Notes: generated from the letters alone by a model not told the origin. A DNA stretch of 64,000 nt from Patellaria atrata CBS 101060 (GCA_010093705.1 MU006093.1:669462-733461); one strand, 5' to 3'; shown: positions 24,596-38,600, counted from the first letter of the stretch. Numbers and translations: made by a program.

Positions 24596-26511
24596 ATGCG
24601 TGTACTGAATCTTTTCTCAATCGCTACCCTTGCGACTGTCGCGTGCGCGAAGAGTGATCGTCTCATAACGCGAAGCCGTCCAGATTTTGTTCACCCTAAA
24701 AGGACTGTGCCGAATTCCAGGCCTGAGGAGGTAGTCAAGAGACAAAGCGACTTTATAATCCCTCAAAACGAAAATACCACAAGTAAGCAAATTTCACTAT
24801 CCGACTTCTCAATGCAAGAAACTGACTCCGCAAAGAATTCGCTGTCAATGGCACTGCTATCCCAGAGGTAGACTTTGATGTTGGCGAGAGCTATGCTGGC
24901 TTGTTGCCCATTTCAGAAGATGACCCTCGGGAATTATATTTTTGGTTCTTCCCTTCGTCCAATCCTGACGCAAGCGAAGAGATATTGCTATGGTTGAATG
25001 TATGGACCTCGATCCAAGTTGAGATGAATACCAGTAGCTGACGTGATTGCTCTAGGGAGGTCCAGGATGTTCTTCTCTTGAAGGTTTCTTCCAGGAGAAT
25101 GGCCCAGTACTCTGGTAAGAAGCTCTTCGCTCAGTTCCGCTCATCCTCACGTTTAACGCTTTCTTTAGGCAATATGGTACCTTTAAACCCGTCAAGAATC
25201 CATGGACTTGGGTCAATTTGACAAATATTGTCTGGGTCGAACAACCAGTGGGAACTGGATTTTCACAGGGAAATGCAACTGCGACCTCAACAGAGGAAGC
25301 CGCAAAAGAATTTCTAGGTTTCTGGAAGAACTTTATCGATACGTTCGAGTTGCACAATAGGAAAGTTTATATCGCGGGCGAGTCATACGCGGGAATCTAT
25401 ATTCCGTGGATTGCAAGTAAGTCAAAAACAATTGTCAAGGTAATCGGACGAGGAGTACTTACCATTTACAGAGGAGATGCTTGACCAAGAAGATACCACC
25501 TATTACAACCTGACCGGCACATTGATATACGATCCAACGATGACTTACAGTGCAATTGAACAGCAAAGTATGTAATGTCACGAGCCCCGCTAAGTGAATG
25601 ACTAACAACCTCTAGTTCCTGTCGTACCATATGTCGATCGCTGGCAAGGTCTATTTAATCTCAACGAGAGTTTCTTGGAGGACATTCATAACCGTGCGGA
25701 TGAATGCGGCTACACGGACTTCTACGACACATATCTCACATATCCTCCACCGGGTCCTTTCCCTACTCTGCCTCCTAATGATACGGCTCCTGGATGTGAT
25801 CTATGGACTGATATCTATTACGCAGCTTCGCTAACGAACCCATGCTTTGATATTTACCAAATCGCTACAACATGTCCCCTGCTGTGGGATGTATTGGGTT
25901 TCCCAGGTTCTTTCGGCTACATACCGGACGGCGCATTCGTATACTTCAACCGCACGGACGTCCAAAAAGCAATCAATGCCCCGATTCAAGAGTGGGAAGA
26001 ATGCAGCAACGGCGTGCTAGACATCGACACGTCAACACCCCCAGGCCTCGGGGTCCTCCCATCCGTCATTGAGAGGTCACAAAGGACAATCATTGGTTTC
26101 GGCAACCTCGATTACATCCTCATGAGCGAAGGCGCACTGATGATGATCCAAAACCTGACCTGGGGCGGCATGCAAGGTTTCCAAGAAAAACCCTGTGACC
26201 CCTTTTTCGTACCCTACCATGCAGACGTCCCGCTCGATTCGCTGGCATCCGCGGGTATCATGGGCACAACGCATACGGAGAGAGGTCTCACCTGGGTGGA
26301 GACGCATCTGTCGGGTCATATGGCGCCGCAGTATGCGCCCAGCGCCGCGTTCAGGCAGGTCGAGTTCCTGCTCGGGAGGATTGATAGCTTGAGCGAGCAG
26401 ACTAATTTCGTGGGGCAGGAGGGTGATTTTGGGAATGGGTTTGAATTCATCACTGCGAATGTTAGTGAGACGGATAGCGAGGAGTTTGGTGTCGCCGGTT
26501 TTAGGAGCTAA
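24596..26511 (+). CDS. cpdS: Secreted serine carboxypeptidase (MEROPS S10, CpdS/PepF-like)
   Basis: WLNGGPGCSS (split by intron), [22 protein letters not shown]; signal peptide and KR propeptide. Gene symbol is a best family-level guess. Confidence 0.92.
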
Positions 26512-26849
26512 GGGGATGAGAAAGAGGGGGAAGAGCGGTGTATAGGTATGCGACTATGTGCTGTATGATATGTACGATTGTCTATACGTACGTAGCTAAT
26601 GCAAAATTTGTAATCTTATGTCCCTGTCAGCGGCTTCTTTGATGTGTGGTGTGCGTTTCTGGCGGTGACGAGGGTCAGATGCCATCGAGGGGCTGGGTAT
26701 ATAGTCCTCCTCTTCGCTGCTCTTTTTTCCTTTTCTCTTTTTGTTGCATTACCATTGAGGAGAGGAACGGGTTAACACTGAATCTCAGTCGTCACGCACA
26801 GGGATAGCTTTCATTTCCGGGTGCTGCGCTCTCTCATCTTATCTACTCT

Positions 26850-27500
26850 CATTGCCTTCGTTGCTGGCTTGTCTGAACACCAGTCAACCATCATAGTTTC
26901 CATCCGCGTATTGTGAGGGGAAGCCGTCTTTTACAACGAGATAATGGTCTCCATTCTTTCATACAAGCGAAAATCCATGCGGCCTACTCTCTTCAAACTT
27001 CTATATTTGGGTGTTGTGTCCTCTAATGTTACACCATCCTTCAAGAGTATCTATACCTATTGCCTGCTTAGTTGGCTAGTCGAAACACCAGTCAAGAATC
27101 ATACTACTTGAACATTGTGAGGTAGCCTTTCTTTTTTTTTTTTTTCCAACGGCGGATAATTGTCTGGATTTTGTCACCCAGGAGAAGGTCCATTCGATTC
27201 ACATTCTTCCCCATTATTTCTTGGGTGTCGCGCCCTCTCATATCATATTACGCCATTCTTCACGAATATCTACATTCATTGCCTGCGTTGTTGGCTAGTC
27301 GAAACACCAATCAAGAATCATAGCCTCAGAGTATCGTGAGGAGTCAGTCTTTTATAACGGGATGATTGTCTGGATTCCCTCACGCAAGAGATCCCATTCG
27401 ATCCACTCTCCTCAAACTCCATTTTTGGGTGTTGCGCCCTGTCATGTTACAGTTCGAGCTACGGTTGACATTCTTCATTGTCTTGGGTCTGGATAGTCTG
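26850..27500. repeat. Degenerate tandem array A (~200-220 bp unit, 3 copies plus a partial fourth)
   Basis: ATTGCC..TGGCT(A/T)GTC..AACACCA(G/A)TCAA..ATCATA recurs at 26851, 27059, 27278 and partly 27477; TTGGGTGT(T/C)G..CCT recurs in register. Confidence 0.8.
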
Positions 27501-27711
27501 GGCTCTGGTTGAAGATACACCATTTCCGTGCTCTCGGGGAGTTGGGGCGCTATATCCCGAGTATTGTCTCGGGGCTTTGGATTCGTAGCTATTTGATCGG
27601 CTACTTTCAAAGAGTCACTTAACATTGTCGGGCTCTTCGTCGCTTAGGGTATTAGCAGTCTAACCTTGGTCAAATAACTTCCCATTGGGAACCAATATTA
27701 CGTTCAGCGGC

Positions 27712-28350
27712 AATTGTCTCTGTTCTTTCTGACTAGAAAAAACTGATTCGGGTGGGACGGGGTCTGAATACTTGCCGACTAGCAGGAAAGGTCACAGTGG
27801 TCACTCATTCTATTTATATCCTTCTGGCACAATAACTCACAAAACAAATTCGGATCCCCCTGGGTTCGATACTAGGGGATGGGAGATAATTGCCCGGTTC
27901 ATTTGGTGGGATACGCTACATTTGGACCGGAGACAGGATCGATGTACTTACTGGCTGGTATGGAAGAATTATGGCGTTCGATTGGATCTTTCTGGCATCC
28001 AAGGATGCGATATCCATTTGGATGCCCCTGGTTTCGACTATCTGACCAAATGAAGAATTGCCTCGTTGTTCCGCCGCTGAAAATTCATTTGGACCAGAGA
28101 CGGGGTCAGTGTCCTTATCGTGTTGCAGAAAGGGTTACTTTACCATTGGATCTTTGTGGTATCAACGCAGTGTGTATTTGGATGCCCCTTGATTCGATCC
28201 CTTTGAAAAGGGATAATTGCCCCATTCTTTCTGGTGAGAAGCACTCGAGAAACTCATTTGGAGCGGAAGCAGGGTGGATTTCCTTACCGGCCAGCAGGAA
28301 GGGTCATCCGTTCCATTTGGATCCTCCTGGCATCGGTGATACGGATTCAC
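27712..28350. repeat. Degenerate tandem array B (~160-175 bp unit, 4 copies)
   Basis: AATTG(C/T)C, CATTTGGA(C/G)C.G, TTGGATC(T/C)T.CTGGCA and GGATGCCCCT..TTCGA motifs recur in units starting near 27712, 27887, 28056 and 28215. Confidence 0.75.
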
Positions 28351-28479
28351 TGAGAGGCAAATTGAGGCATACTTTGTCTCGGGTGTTTTATTCCTATGGT
28401 CGATTTGGCGTGACTAACGAGTCCGACCAATCGAATCATATTATTTCTGGCCATTCTAGCCATGCCGTTTTACATTCGA

Positions 28480-29240
28480 AGCAAAATATTGTCGTGTCTG
28501 GTTGTTTATACCTTATGAAAGTTTTTTCTCCGTTGGGATGTCCTTGAAGGGAATCGGAGAAGTCTATTGTCTTTTCCTGGCTCGCTCTGGTGGAGTTGTC
28601 ATGGACCATGGATCCGATCGTGATATTCCCGATCATATAAATCAGTATATTGTTGTGTCTGGTTATTATCACCTTGACGAAACCCCATTCTTCGTCGGAA
28701 TATGAAAGGTCAACCATTAAAACGCATTGTCTGTCCCGGGCTCGCTTTGGCTGACCTTTCGCGAATCACTGGTCCCACTGTAGTATTTCCCGTCGTCCTG
28801 CTTAAGCTGGTTCATATTCGGCGTAAAATATTGTCAGGTTTGGTTATTATCACATTGACGAACCCCATTCTCCGTCGGCATCGGAAAGAGCTATCATCAA
28901 GGTATTATCTTGTCCCGGGCTCTCTCAGATTCACTTGTCATGAATCAAAAAATCGAATATAGTGTTTCCAGACGTTTGAAGTATGCTGGCCTCCGAGTAC
29001 TGCATCCTTCAAGAGTATTGTGCTATCCGGTTACCGCGACTACTACCCAACCCATGAACCTCTAGTTGATTGCTCGATGGGAGTTCCTAGGAAGCCAATC
29101 ATCATTGTGATTAGATTATCTCGAGCTTGCTCGGCCGACTCGTCATGGATACCTGGTCCGAATATATCATCCCGGGATTCTCCTCCAGCTTCATGTTCGA
29201 CGCAAGATAATGTGCTGTCTGCTACCGTAGACACTACTAC
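28480..29240. repeat. Degenerate tandem array C (~160-190 bp unit, up to 5 copies)
   Basis: TATTGT..G.(C/T)TGGTTATTATCAC.TTGACGAA.CCCCATTCT.CGTCGG..TGTCCCGGGC is clearly duplicated at ~28648 and ~28829; weaker copies at ~28486, ~29014 and ~29206. Confidence 0.65.
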
Positions 29241-32004
29241 TAGAGTCAGTAATCTACTTCATTGGTTGCCGGGAATGCGTTCAAAGAAACGGAATTGGTT
29301 TGTCCCTGGCTTTGAGCGATATCTAAAAGAAAAGCAGGATCCTTCTATTACGCCAACTCTATTGCCTTGCCCCTTGGGTTTCAATCAACGACAAAAACCA
29401 GCTATTAGTATTAAAACTGATTCCGCTGATCCCCTTAGCCAACGAACCTCCCAAGGTTAGGGATAAGATGTACACATACGGCCATATCGGTAAGGATCAT
29501 ATCGGCAATCACACTGCAACATTCCTCCTCGTTCCGATGCATACCCCATTTCCGGGATATTGGAGGATACACCTGAATTAAATGATGCTATTGTCTTGCT
29601 CCGGGCTACAAGTTATGTAAGTATGACCACGACCCCTATGATGTAATCCATCACCCCATTCTTTAGCGGTACCATCCAGGCATAATTCTCTGGAACTATG
29701 GGGACTGTATTCGCTTACAGCAGATATTCGCCTACAGCAAAGGTGAAAGAGTTTATTCCGGCGCCGTCGCGTCCCTAGGTCTCTTCCCAAATCATATGCT
29801 GGCGCTCGCTCCGTTGGGAAGCCGAGAAAGCTTACGAAGTTGACAATAGAACACTATCTGTGGTTTGGCGCTCAAGTCACGGTATCCCACCTTCCACATT
29901 CTATTCTTCGTACTGGTTGACCAAAACCTTTTATTGGAGTTTGAGATCGACCCTTCTACCGAGAAAGTATCATTCAAGTAGTTTGGATGGCGGGAGGAGT
30001 GCAAGGGAGCCATTCGGACCGTGACTGGCAGATTGAGACTGTATTCCTGTGCTGTGGCTACAAAATCATCCGTTCACTTTCCTTTGATCACTGTTCCGGT
30101 TACGGTCAGCATTTCCTACATGAACACCACTGTACAAAGGGTGACATTGCGGATTCATCTGAGATCTGACAATATGACCCTATTGCACTCGGAATGCCCA
30201 AGGAATTCTTTGACTTACTGAACAAGAATGAAGCTTATGAGCACAGCCGACACCTGAAGGACCCCTATAATTAGATGATAAAAGGGCAAATAACGAGGCA
30301 ACCAAGTGTTTTCATGCCTATAAGAGATAGATCTAGGAAGTTTATTGGGAACTCAAAGGCACTGGAAGGGACAAGAGGGTTACGATGTATTTGCATCTGC
30401 GAAAATGCACCCTAAATGGGAATTTTCGAATCTCCTATGGTTATTGAAGCAAGGAAAGATCACGCCAAAGGAACTTGGAATGCAATCAATCCTTAATGCA
30501 TTCAGGGGTGATTTGTGGTTAGGCAAGAGGAGCTTTGAATAGTATAACATGAAGGGGTTTATTATTGTCTGCAGCTTCTACTCTGGCATAATATTCCAAA
30601 TGCTAGAGCACGATCGCAGTATTGTGTGGAGACCTTGGCTATAGGGTGAATGGCTATTCGGACCAATGACCAACATGACCGATCTGTCTTTGAAGATCAC
30701 CGAATGGTTTATTGACGATGATAATGATTTATCGTCCCGATCGAGAACGATTAAATGATTCAACCATTGATTTTTTTTTTTTGGGGGGAATCTCCAAAGT
30801 TTACACATAAACTTTGAAGGAGGGGACGATTTACATTGGACTGACTTCTTCCCATTAGCTCTCTGGCTTCGGGTTCTTTGGGTTCTGCAACCGATGGACG
30901 GAGCATATTCGGACCGTGAGGGGCCTATTCGACGAGAATTCACCACTGGCTCATTTGTCGCTTCCGGATTCGCCATTTCAAGAATATGCTTCTGAATAGT
31001 CAACATCAGAACAACATTGGACGCTGCTCGTGTTGTGTCATCGTATTGGAAGATTCGGTAGTAGAAGCATCACATTTTGCGCGGACCGGGTGATGTGGTC
31101 AAGTTGAGTATTGGAGTGGCTTATTACCGATATCCTTTCAATTGGAATTTCCTGCGGGTTGTGGGAAGAATTTCACGAGAGTCCATTTCGGTCACGGAGA
31201 ATTTATTTGGATATTCTTTTCCTTTACTCAAGATCAATCCATCGATTTTATTCTGGTCACACCAACACATTCTCCGGCGTTGTGCTATTGTAGTAAAAAG
31301 GGAGTCTGCACAGACCAATGTGAAAGTTTTGTTGAACCTCATTTCTGCTCTCCTCGAGGTATTCCACATAGGAGAGTATGATGTCATTGTGGAGACCGGA
31401 TTATGGAGAGAATACTTGTTGATACTCCGATCTCCATAGAACTATATGATAGGACTATCCTTGGGGTTGGAGAAGGTCGATGGAACTGTTCATTGAACCG
31501 ACTATCTCACCCGACTATCTCACAGTTCGATTTGGAAGACCTTTGTCTCGTACCACCTATCGAAAAATTCTCCTCCTCCGGCCCATTCACCCTTGCTATC
31601 CGAGAGATACATCGTCCGGTCGTCGCGGAGCCCCTGAGCCCCTATAGAATTAAAATCCTTGGGGGCAGGGTAACGATTTGTATCTTTCGTCTTGTCCTCG
31701 ATCTTACTTCAATACCAGTGATCTGAAATGGGTTACCATCGACACATTGCCCTAGGTCGGTACTTGTCGGTAGTGACAGGAGTGGACTTCAGCGACGCAG
31801 GTAACATGCATTTTCGATCGGAGGTGGTCTTCGTGATTCCAATCGGGTGGTATGGTCAAGGAGAGGTATTGGATTGCATTCGTTCAAATTGCAAGTCTCT
31901 TCATTGGGAGCTTGTGCGGTGCTTGTCATAGAGATATCGGTAGAAATCATTTGGCTTCCTGTCCTTTCCTCTATCCATGAACTCGGATCTTTGGAATTGG
32001 TCAG

Positions 32005-32177
32005 TGTCAAGGCTCAACCTCAGATGGAAGCTGCAAGGTATATTGCTACATGTATATGAAGCTTAAACTTAAGGAAAGAAAGTGTTGAGACAGCATATGC
32101 TGTTCTGCTAAAGTACAATATGACTAAGCCGCTGGATCATCCAAGGCACTTATACCTATCGGGTCTAACCCGTGACA
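32005..32177. mobile_element. Solo LTR (173 bp) with perfect 5-bp TSD
   Basis: TGTCAAGG...CCGTGACA ends, flanked by GTCAG at 32000-32004 and 32178-32182. Confidence 0.9.
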
Positions 32178-33633
32178 GTCAGGCTTTCGGGATTGGATTC
32201 GTAGAGATGTGTATAGGAGTCTGCCACTCATATGTAATATCAACTCTTTGGGACGGCATTCCGGAATGCTACCCGCCAGTTGGATGCTCAACGACCTTGC
32301 ATATTGAGTGCCTGGTTTACCATTCTCTAAATCCGGTAATGGGCTGTCCTCTAGACCAATATGTAATACTTCTATTCTGGAGGTGGAGGGTCTAGGTCTC
32401 GGCCTAATCGCAATTGTGCTGTGGACTGTGTAGGCGACATGGAAGATTATTGTCGAGGTCATTTCGCTATACGATCTATGGTATAGAGAGGATTGGAAGT
32501 AAGCCAACAATAATGAACCTAATTGGGCCCGGCGGTAGCAGGTTCTACAAGCATCTCAGCATTGAAAGATTTAAAGAATACTATAGGGTATTATCATCCG
32601 CCTCCTTGTCTACTTGCGATCGACGTTTACGCACACATTGAGTACGACGGAGGTTTTGGGTTACTAGGCTTCCAAAGTTTAGAAACACTGCGTTATTTGG
32701 AGCTGCGGCGTTGATAACGAGGACATGGAATTGCTCTCCTTTTGTTGAGCCGAGAAGTAGTTTGCTCGCTCATTTCCAACTTTTGTATTGTGTGTTCGAC
32801 ATGCAATGTAAGCACATCATTCTCGGGTTTGCTGCTGCGGTTCCGAAGGTCACAAGAAAAGGTAATACCCAAGAATGGTACGAAGATTGGGTTATAGTGA
32901 GTTTCAGGGGCTGTGACCTGACTTCTGAGAGAAAGCTCGATTGGAGTTATTCGGTAATCATGTATCATGGTTATTGGGGAATGCAGACGACGAAAAGAAT
33001 GAGAAGGAAATAGTCCAATCAGATGGCGCATTCGTGGTTTCCTTCTGTGAATTGAACAAGGCTTTGAGGTGCGTATCGATAATTGAACAAGCTATCAGAG
33101 GATCCCGAGAGGGCCATCCCGATACATGGCGTAAAGAGTACAACGGTACGACTTATTTGCCGGTCTTGCTGGGAGACTCTTAGATCCTACCGTCGAACTG
33201 GGTATTGTTTTCTCTCTCGGCATCGTCCTTTGGTAACCATCGTTCATTCTTCGGCTCAAAAGAAATTATTATGAACCTTAAAGGATGAACTGGAGATAAC
33301 CCTGTTAGCTTCGTGAGTCTACCACGGAGGATTTACTAAAACTGCTCCTGTGATCGATGAAGGCCCTGGAATTGTTGTGGAACTGGGTTACAAAAGAAAC
33401 CCGTGGAAGAATGGTTACCCCAGTTCATTCTCTTTAGCACAAGGTTTCCAATTTAAAGGAGATGGCGATTGGTATCACGTCTGGTCAGTTTGTATTGCGT
33501 AACAGAAATAGGATAATATCAATTAGAAGGAAGGTTATCATTCGGGTTGAGACCAGGTGGAAGAGTACGCTGTGAAGCGATAGTGCCGATGTTTGTCATT
33601 TCGCGGGTGCTGGAGCCTCTCTAAGTAATCGCC

Positions 33634-35250
33634 ATGAAGAAAGAGATTCTCCCATATGGAATTCAAGACCATATATTCGTTTGTTGGGGGATCTTAGTCA
33701 GACAACATGGATGGAATTCCTCCTCCCTCTTTTTGCGAACAAACTCGTTGCTCAACTATTGGAAAGACCCTTCCCTGCAGGTCTTATCTTCCATCTGTGG
33801 CTCAATTTCGACATATCTGTTGGAACTCAGCAAGTTCGCCTACTACATTCCTTGTTCACCATTCTTCGTTCTCCGCTATATTTTATGTAAAAGGAGAAGT
33901 GGTTGGAACTGCCAATTCTCTTACCAGACCGACGATTGGGAGTTTTCATTTGGTGTTAAAAGAACCAAAGTAAGGAACATTAGCCCTCGATTATTCTAAA
34001 AGTTTGCTCGCTACGTACGCGATATTCCCTGGAACGGTTTTGAAGCAGTTGGCTTGAATAGAGGACTATGTGCCCGAATTCATTGCAGCGCGAGCTGGAC
34101 CGATTCCGATCAAGGGGGTCTTTTCCAATGTGAATTTCTGAAGCTTCATTATGGCAATTTTGCAACTACGGCCTCTACATAGAACTGTTCCACCCGCTAA
34201 TAAAAGACAAGAAGACCAGAATTGTCAGATATAGAGGCCGGTCTTGATTTATTGCTCCCCGCTTCGCTCCCTGCATCCATGGATATTGTGTCTTGAGTGC
34301 ATCATGAGAGAGATATTGCATTGAAAGGACTTGGCCTATGGAATTCCAGACCGTTCCGGGAGTCATGGAGTTCTTGAACCGACTGCGGTGCTCTTGTCGG
34401 TCTTTGATGACGATAATGCATTTCATTTGTCGTCAGCATCACACCTTATTTGTCGATATTGTCCCCTTTTGCTACTATCATAACGCTAAATCTTCCATTG
34501 TGGGGGCAAGGAATAGAAGTGGCTGGGACCAAACAGATCCCATTTTGTGGGTCTTCGAGTGCGGAAAATAAGTCCAGACTCCAAACGTCTCTCTAAGATC
34601 AGATGAGACAGTCCTATTAGGAAATTTGGCTGTGAAGGCCCTTATATAATTCAAAAAATTCAACGAACATTTCGGAACCGCTTAGGGTTCGTGGCATTAG
34701 AGTCCTTAAGATCTGCACTTGTTTCCCGGTGGTATTGCTGGAAGATGCTACCAAACCGACCCTGGCGTTATTTTTGGCCTAAGATCTCAGATAAATCATC
34801 ATTGGGGGTTTCGGGGATGAACACCAATTCTTATTTGCCTCCTTCGCTCGTTATTTCTATGAAAGAAGTCTTTAGCTGTAATCGGTGTTGGAGAATATTT
34901 GACTTATTGCGAGTGTCAGTCTCAAGGTATCATAGTGACTGAAGATGAACTTAAATTTTCAAATTACCTTAGGCACGAGTTAGAAGGTTTGACTGGATCA
35001 ATTAAAAAGCTGAAGCTGACCCCGCGTGTTTTTTTAAATCGGTCTCGTCGAATCGGATTTGGAACTACCCGCGTACAAATATTCGTTGGAAATCTGCGGT
35101 AAGAATATGAAAGAGTTACATCTTGAATTACAATGTGAAAGAGTAGAGGGAAGATTGAAGAAGAAACGGCCAATTTTCGGCCTGGCAAGGGCAACTTACC
35201 ATGAACTCTGACCTTCAAAAGTACATACCGGAATATCATCTTATTGGATC
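33634..35250 (+). pseudogene. Possible decayed F-box-type gene
   Basis: Across a frameshift reads ILPYGIQDHIF-(R)LLGDLSQTTWMEFLLPLFANKLVAQLLERP (F-box-like spacing), with later LxxLxL-like pieces (SIKKLKLT, KNMKELHLEL). Many stops and indels; 3' boundary approximate. Confidence 0.3.
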
Positions 35251-35484
35251 AAATAAGGAATAGAATGCCGACAGACAAATACTACAAACGCACAAAATGT
35301 CCTGGTGGACTTCGTTTGATCACTGGATCTTGAGCTTATGGTATCAGCAGAACAGCGGTCCGTATTTGTGCGTCACGCAAAATTTATCACGATCATCTAC
35401 CAAAAATTCACTGTGCAGACTGGATATCGAGGATTGTGTTGCCGGCACGATAATAGACATTGGATGGAGATCAAATTGCATTTA

Positions 35485-35668
35485 TGTCATGGCTCAACCT
35501 TAGATGAAAGCTGAAAGGTATATTGCTATATGTACATGAAGCTTAAACTTAAGGAATGAAAGCGTTGAGACAGCCTATGCTGTTTTAACGTTAAGTTACT
35601 AAAGTACAGTATGACTAAGCCGCTAGTTCATCCAAGGCACTTATACCTATCAGGTCTAACCCGTGACA
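35485..35668. mobile_element. Solo LTR (184 bp), same family
   Basis: TGTCATGG...CCGTGACA ends; TSD ATTTA/GTTTA (one mismatch); high identity to 32005-32177 plus an 11-bp insertion. Confidence 0.88.
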
Positions 35669-38600
35669 GTTTACCCCTGACTATCCATAAGACCCCTGAT
35701 GGACCACTTTTGAAGACGCACAACATTTTTCGAATTCAAATGAGACCGGCGAAGGTCTATGATGGTTCGAAAAACACTGACAATTTGTTGGCGGGTTTTG
35801 CAAACTTGCACCTGAAACTAGATTACGGTGTCATTATCAGTTTGAAACCGGCACAATCAGGAGCAGAACCAAATGCAATTCCTCTCTCCTGTAATCTACC
35901 GAACCAAATTCTCGAATCAAATTGCTTCCTCCTCTTCTGGGCTGCTCCATTCATCCCTAGAACTTCGGCGAGCGAAGTCAATCGGTAAATTTGAAATACG
36001 TCGAATACCTTGCCCATTTCACTTGTATCCGACTGTGGGTATTGGGGTCCGGTTAGGTGAATCGGACTACCTAATGCGAAGCGTGGATGCTCTAATCATC
36101 ACTCGGAATCTATTCGGGGACTAGGCCTGGAAATGCACTTAGAGGTTTTTGATGTGAGAACAGGATTTTTCAATAACGATCAAGGCTCATGCCATCTTAT
36201 TGTTCAGGCTGGCGGGTTCGGCACTCAGGGTAGTCTCTGTCCTCGGCGCTCATTTCCTTTGGCAGTCCGCTATGTACACGTCTCGAAGAAACCTGTCTAG
36301 AGTATTTTCGTGCAGCGTCTGGACTCCAGTCAAACGCTCGGGTACATACTGGGTGCATTACATATGATCATCAACAAGGAATGATATTAGGGAGCTCCGC
36401 TGTCGGGAGAAACACATGGTGGTGTACGACAATCGCAGGTGAACTATTGAGGTGCTCTCATGCCCAGAGGTCTAGTCAACAATCAAGATGAGACCATTTT
36501 GGAAAGAATTCCACATCTAAAAAAAACGAAACAAAAACAGATAATACAGGAAAGGAGGAGGAACGAAAATTCAAGAGTTCCCCCTAACCCCCTGAAAAGA
36601 AGCTGAAGCAGTTATCCAAAATATCAGTAACGAAATTCTTCAAAACTTACGGTTCGGTCTGATTGGGATTGTCTCTGGAAATTATTTGCAAGTTTCATCC
36701 AGAGAAGAGTATTGAATCACTATCGTATATACTATTGGTCTGAAGCATCATTGGGAATTTGAGACTAAGAGCTTCAGAGTCTTTCAGAATTCTAAGATTG
36801 AAGGTGAAGGAAAAGTAATTCATGTGGTGAAGAGTACAGAATCATGATTCAATTGAGCAAAATCAAATTCTCGGGTACGGTTGGGATAGAAACCAAAATC
36901 AAACAAAGACATTGTGGCTTTGTTCTCTTCCTGGTCTGTTCGGTTCATTCTCTCCTCGTGAAGGTTTGGATTGAAGATATTAATACGGAACACACTTAAC
37001 TATTAGTTCACCTCTACTAAGTCAAGCAGGAGCGGAACAAAAGAACAGGAAACATTGAAGGACCGGTCTAATGAATTCGATCTATTAGTGCACGTTGTTT
37101 ACATCTGTGAAACAATGAAGCAATGCTGATAGGCCATTATTCTCTTTAGAAACACATATCATGATATCCCTCGCCCCATCTCACTCATCCCGCTTCTTTC
37201 CGCTCTTCTAAACGGGATGTTCTGATTACGATTTATCCTTCCACTTGGGGTTCAACTCTTACCTGCAAATCAGTTTGGGTGAACATTCAACATTCATATC
37301 CGGCGCTATGTTAGCAAACTCCTCTTCCCTACTGGACATCGCATACATTTCAAGCACCAGGCATGCACCAAACAAGATTATGTATTGTGAGGATTACACA
37401 ACGTTCGAAATATTTTCCATGCCCCTTTTCAAGTCTATCACACATGGTGATCTCAATTCCAATCTCTCCCACCGCTGTTTCATCTTGTCCGTCTACTCAC
37501 CGTTAGACATTTGTTGCTTGGACCAAAAGCACCAGGGCTAGTCGCGATAGTTCTACAATGTTGACATCCAGGAGAACCTCCAGTTTCGCCCCGTTTTACT
37601 GCGGAAAATGTGGCCGTGCATCTCGCACTCCAGCTTGTTTGAGCCACCACACGAGGATGCGCCATGATATGCTTGGTGTGTATTGCTCTTATGGCCTCTT
37701 GATTGACAAACTCTCGATTGATCAGGCCTCGCTTGATCGTTATCGAACCCCGAAACTTGCCACTTAATCTGTCTATCAACGCATCACGGGAATTCCTCTT
37801 TCATCTCATCGGGCCCCAAGGTATTGCCTCGGTCATCAACAAGAGTATCATACACAATTAACACGATACAGGATGCGACAACCCCCAACCAGCATTATTC
37901 AAACAGCGCGGTAAACAACGGTACCTGAAGACACTTTACAGGAACATAAACATCATATCCAATTTCTCTGTTTGTCCGAGAATGACTGACCTATATACCA
38001 CATAACCATTGGCCTCTATTTTACTGTGACAGTGCTCACAGCCTTTTTCGTGGGCCCTTCGTCAACCACATGAACGAATTTTATCTTGCTAACCTCAATA
38101 GTTTGCGCTCACCCCCTGATGTCATCCATCTGCCGTACATCATTGTCCCAATCTCCCCAACCAGCTTTCGAAGATGGGTGAACATGTTCCACACCATCGA
38201 TCGTAAGGAGAAGAGATTATACAATGATAGTGAATGATTGGGCAGAGCAAGTTCTCAGGGGGATGACAACTGGAGCAATAACGGCATGACGTAGACAACG
38301 GGAGAGAAAACGGGGGTACTTATCAGATTGAAGTCTACCGGAACTATTTCTCCTGCATATTTGGGTCTGCACTGAGGCTATTCAGTGTGTAAGGGGTTGG
38401 TACTCAGGGGTAGCTTCTCAGGTAGCTATCGACTGTGGAACTTTACCTGCCATCTAATTATTCAACTTGATCATTGTGTCCATAGTAGAACTACAAATGA
38501 CATTTTGCCCTGTGTTAAGATCCAATGATCATATCATGTATCGAATACATGGTCAGAACCCACTGAAGCGGTACATATGGTAGCTGATCCTTTCCGAACG

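Noticed and set aside
27879..28547. 222-aa plus-strand ORF as a real gene
   Set aside because: Runs through degenerate array B with frame-inconsistent repeats and atypical composition; likely a chance ORF.
26850..29240. CRISPR-like interpretation of the spaced repeats
   Set aside because: Eukaryotic context, whole units are homologous rather than repeat plus unique spacer, and there are no cas genes.
32005..35668. Full LTR retrotransposon bounded by the two direct-repeat LTRs
   Set aside because: Each LTR has its own TSD, the outer flanks do not match, and no gag/pol motif is visible between them; these are two independent solo insertions.
35280..36500. Possible C2H2 zinc-finger relic (..IDLRRSHL) on the minus strand
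   Set aside because: Cys/His spacing needs several assumed frameshifts; not supportable without a search.
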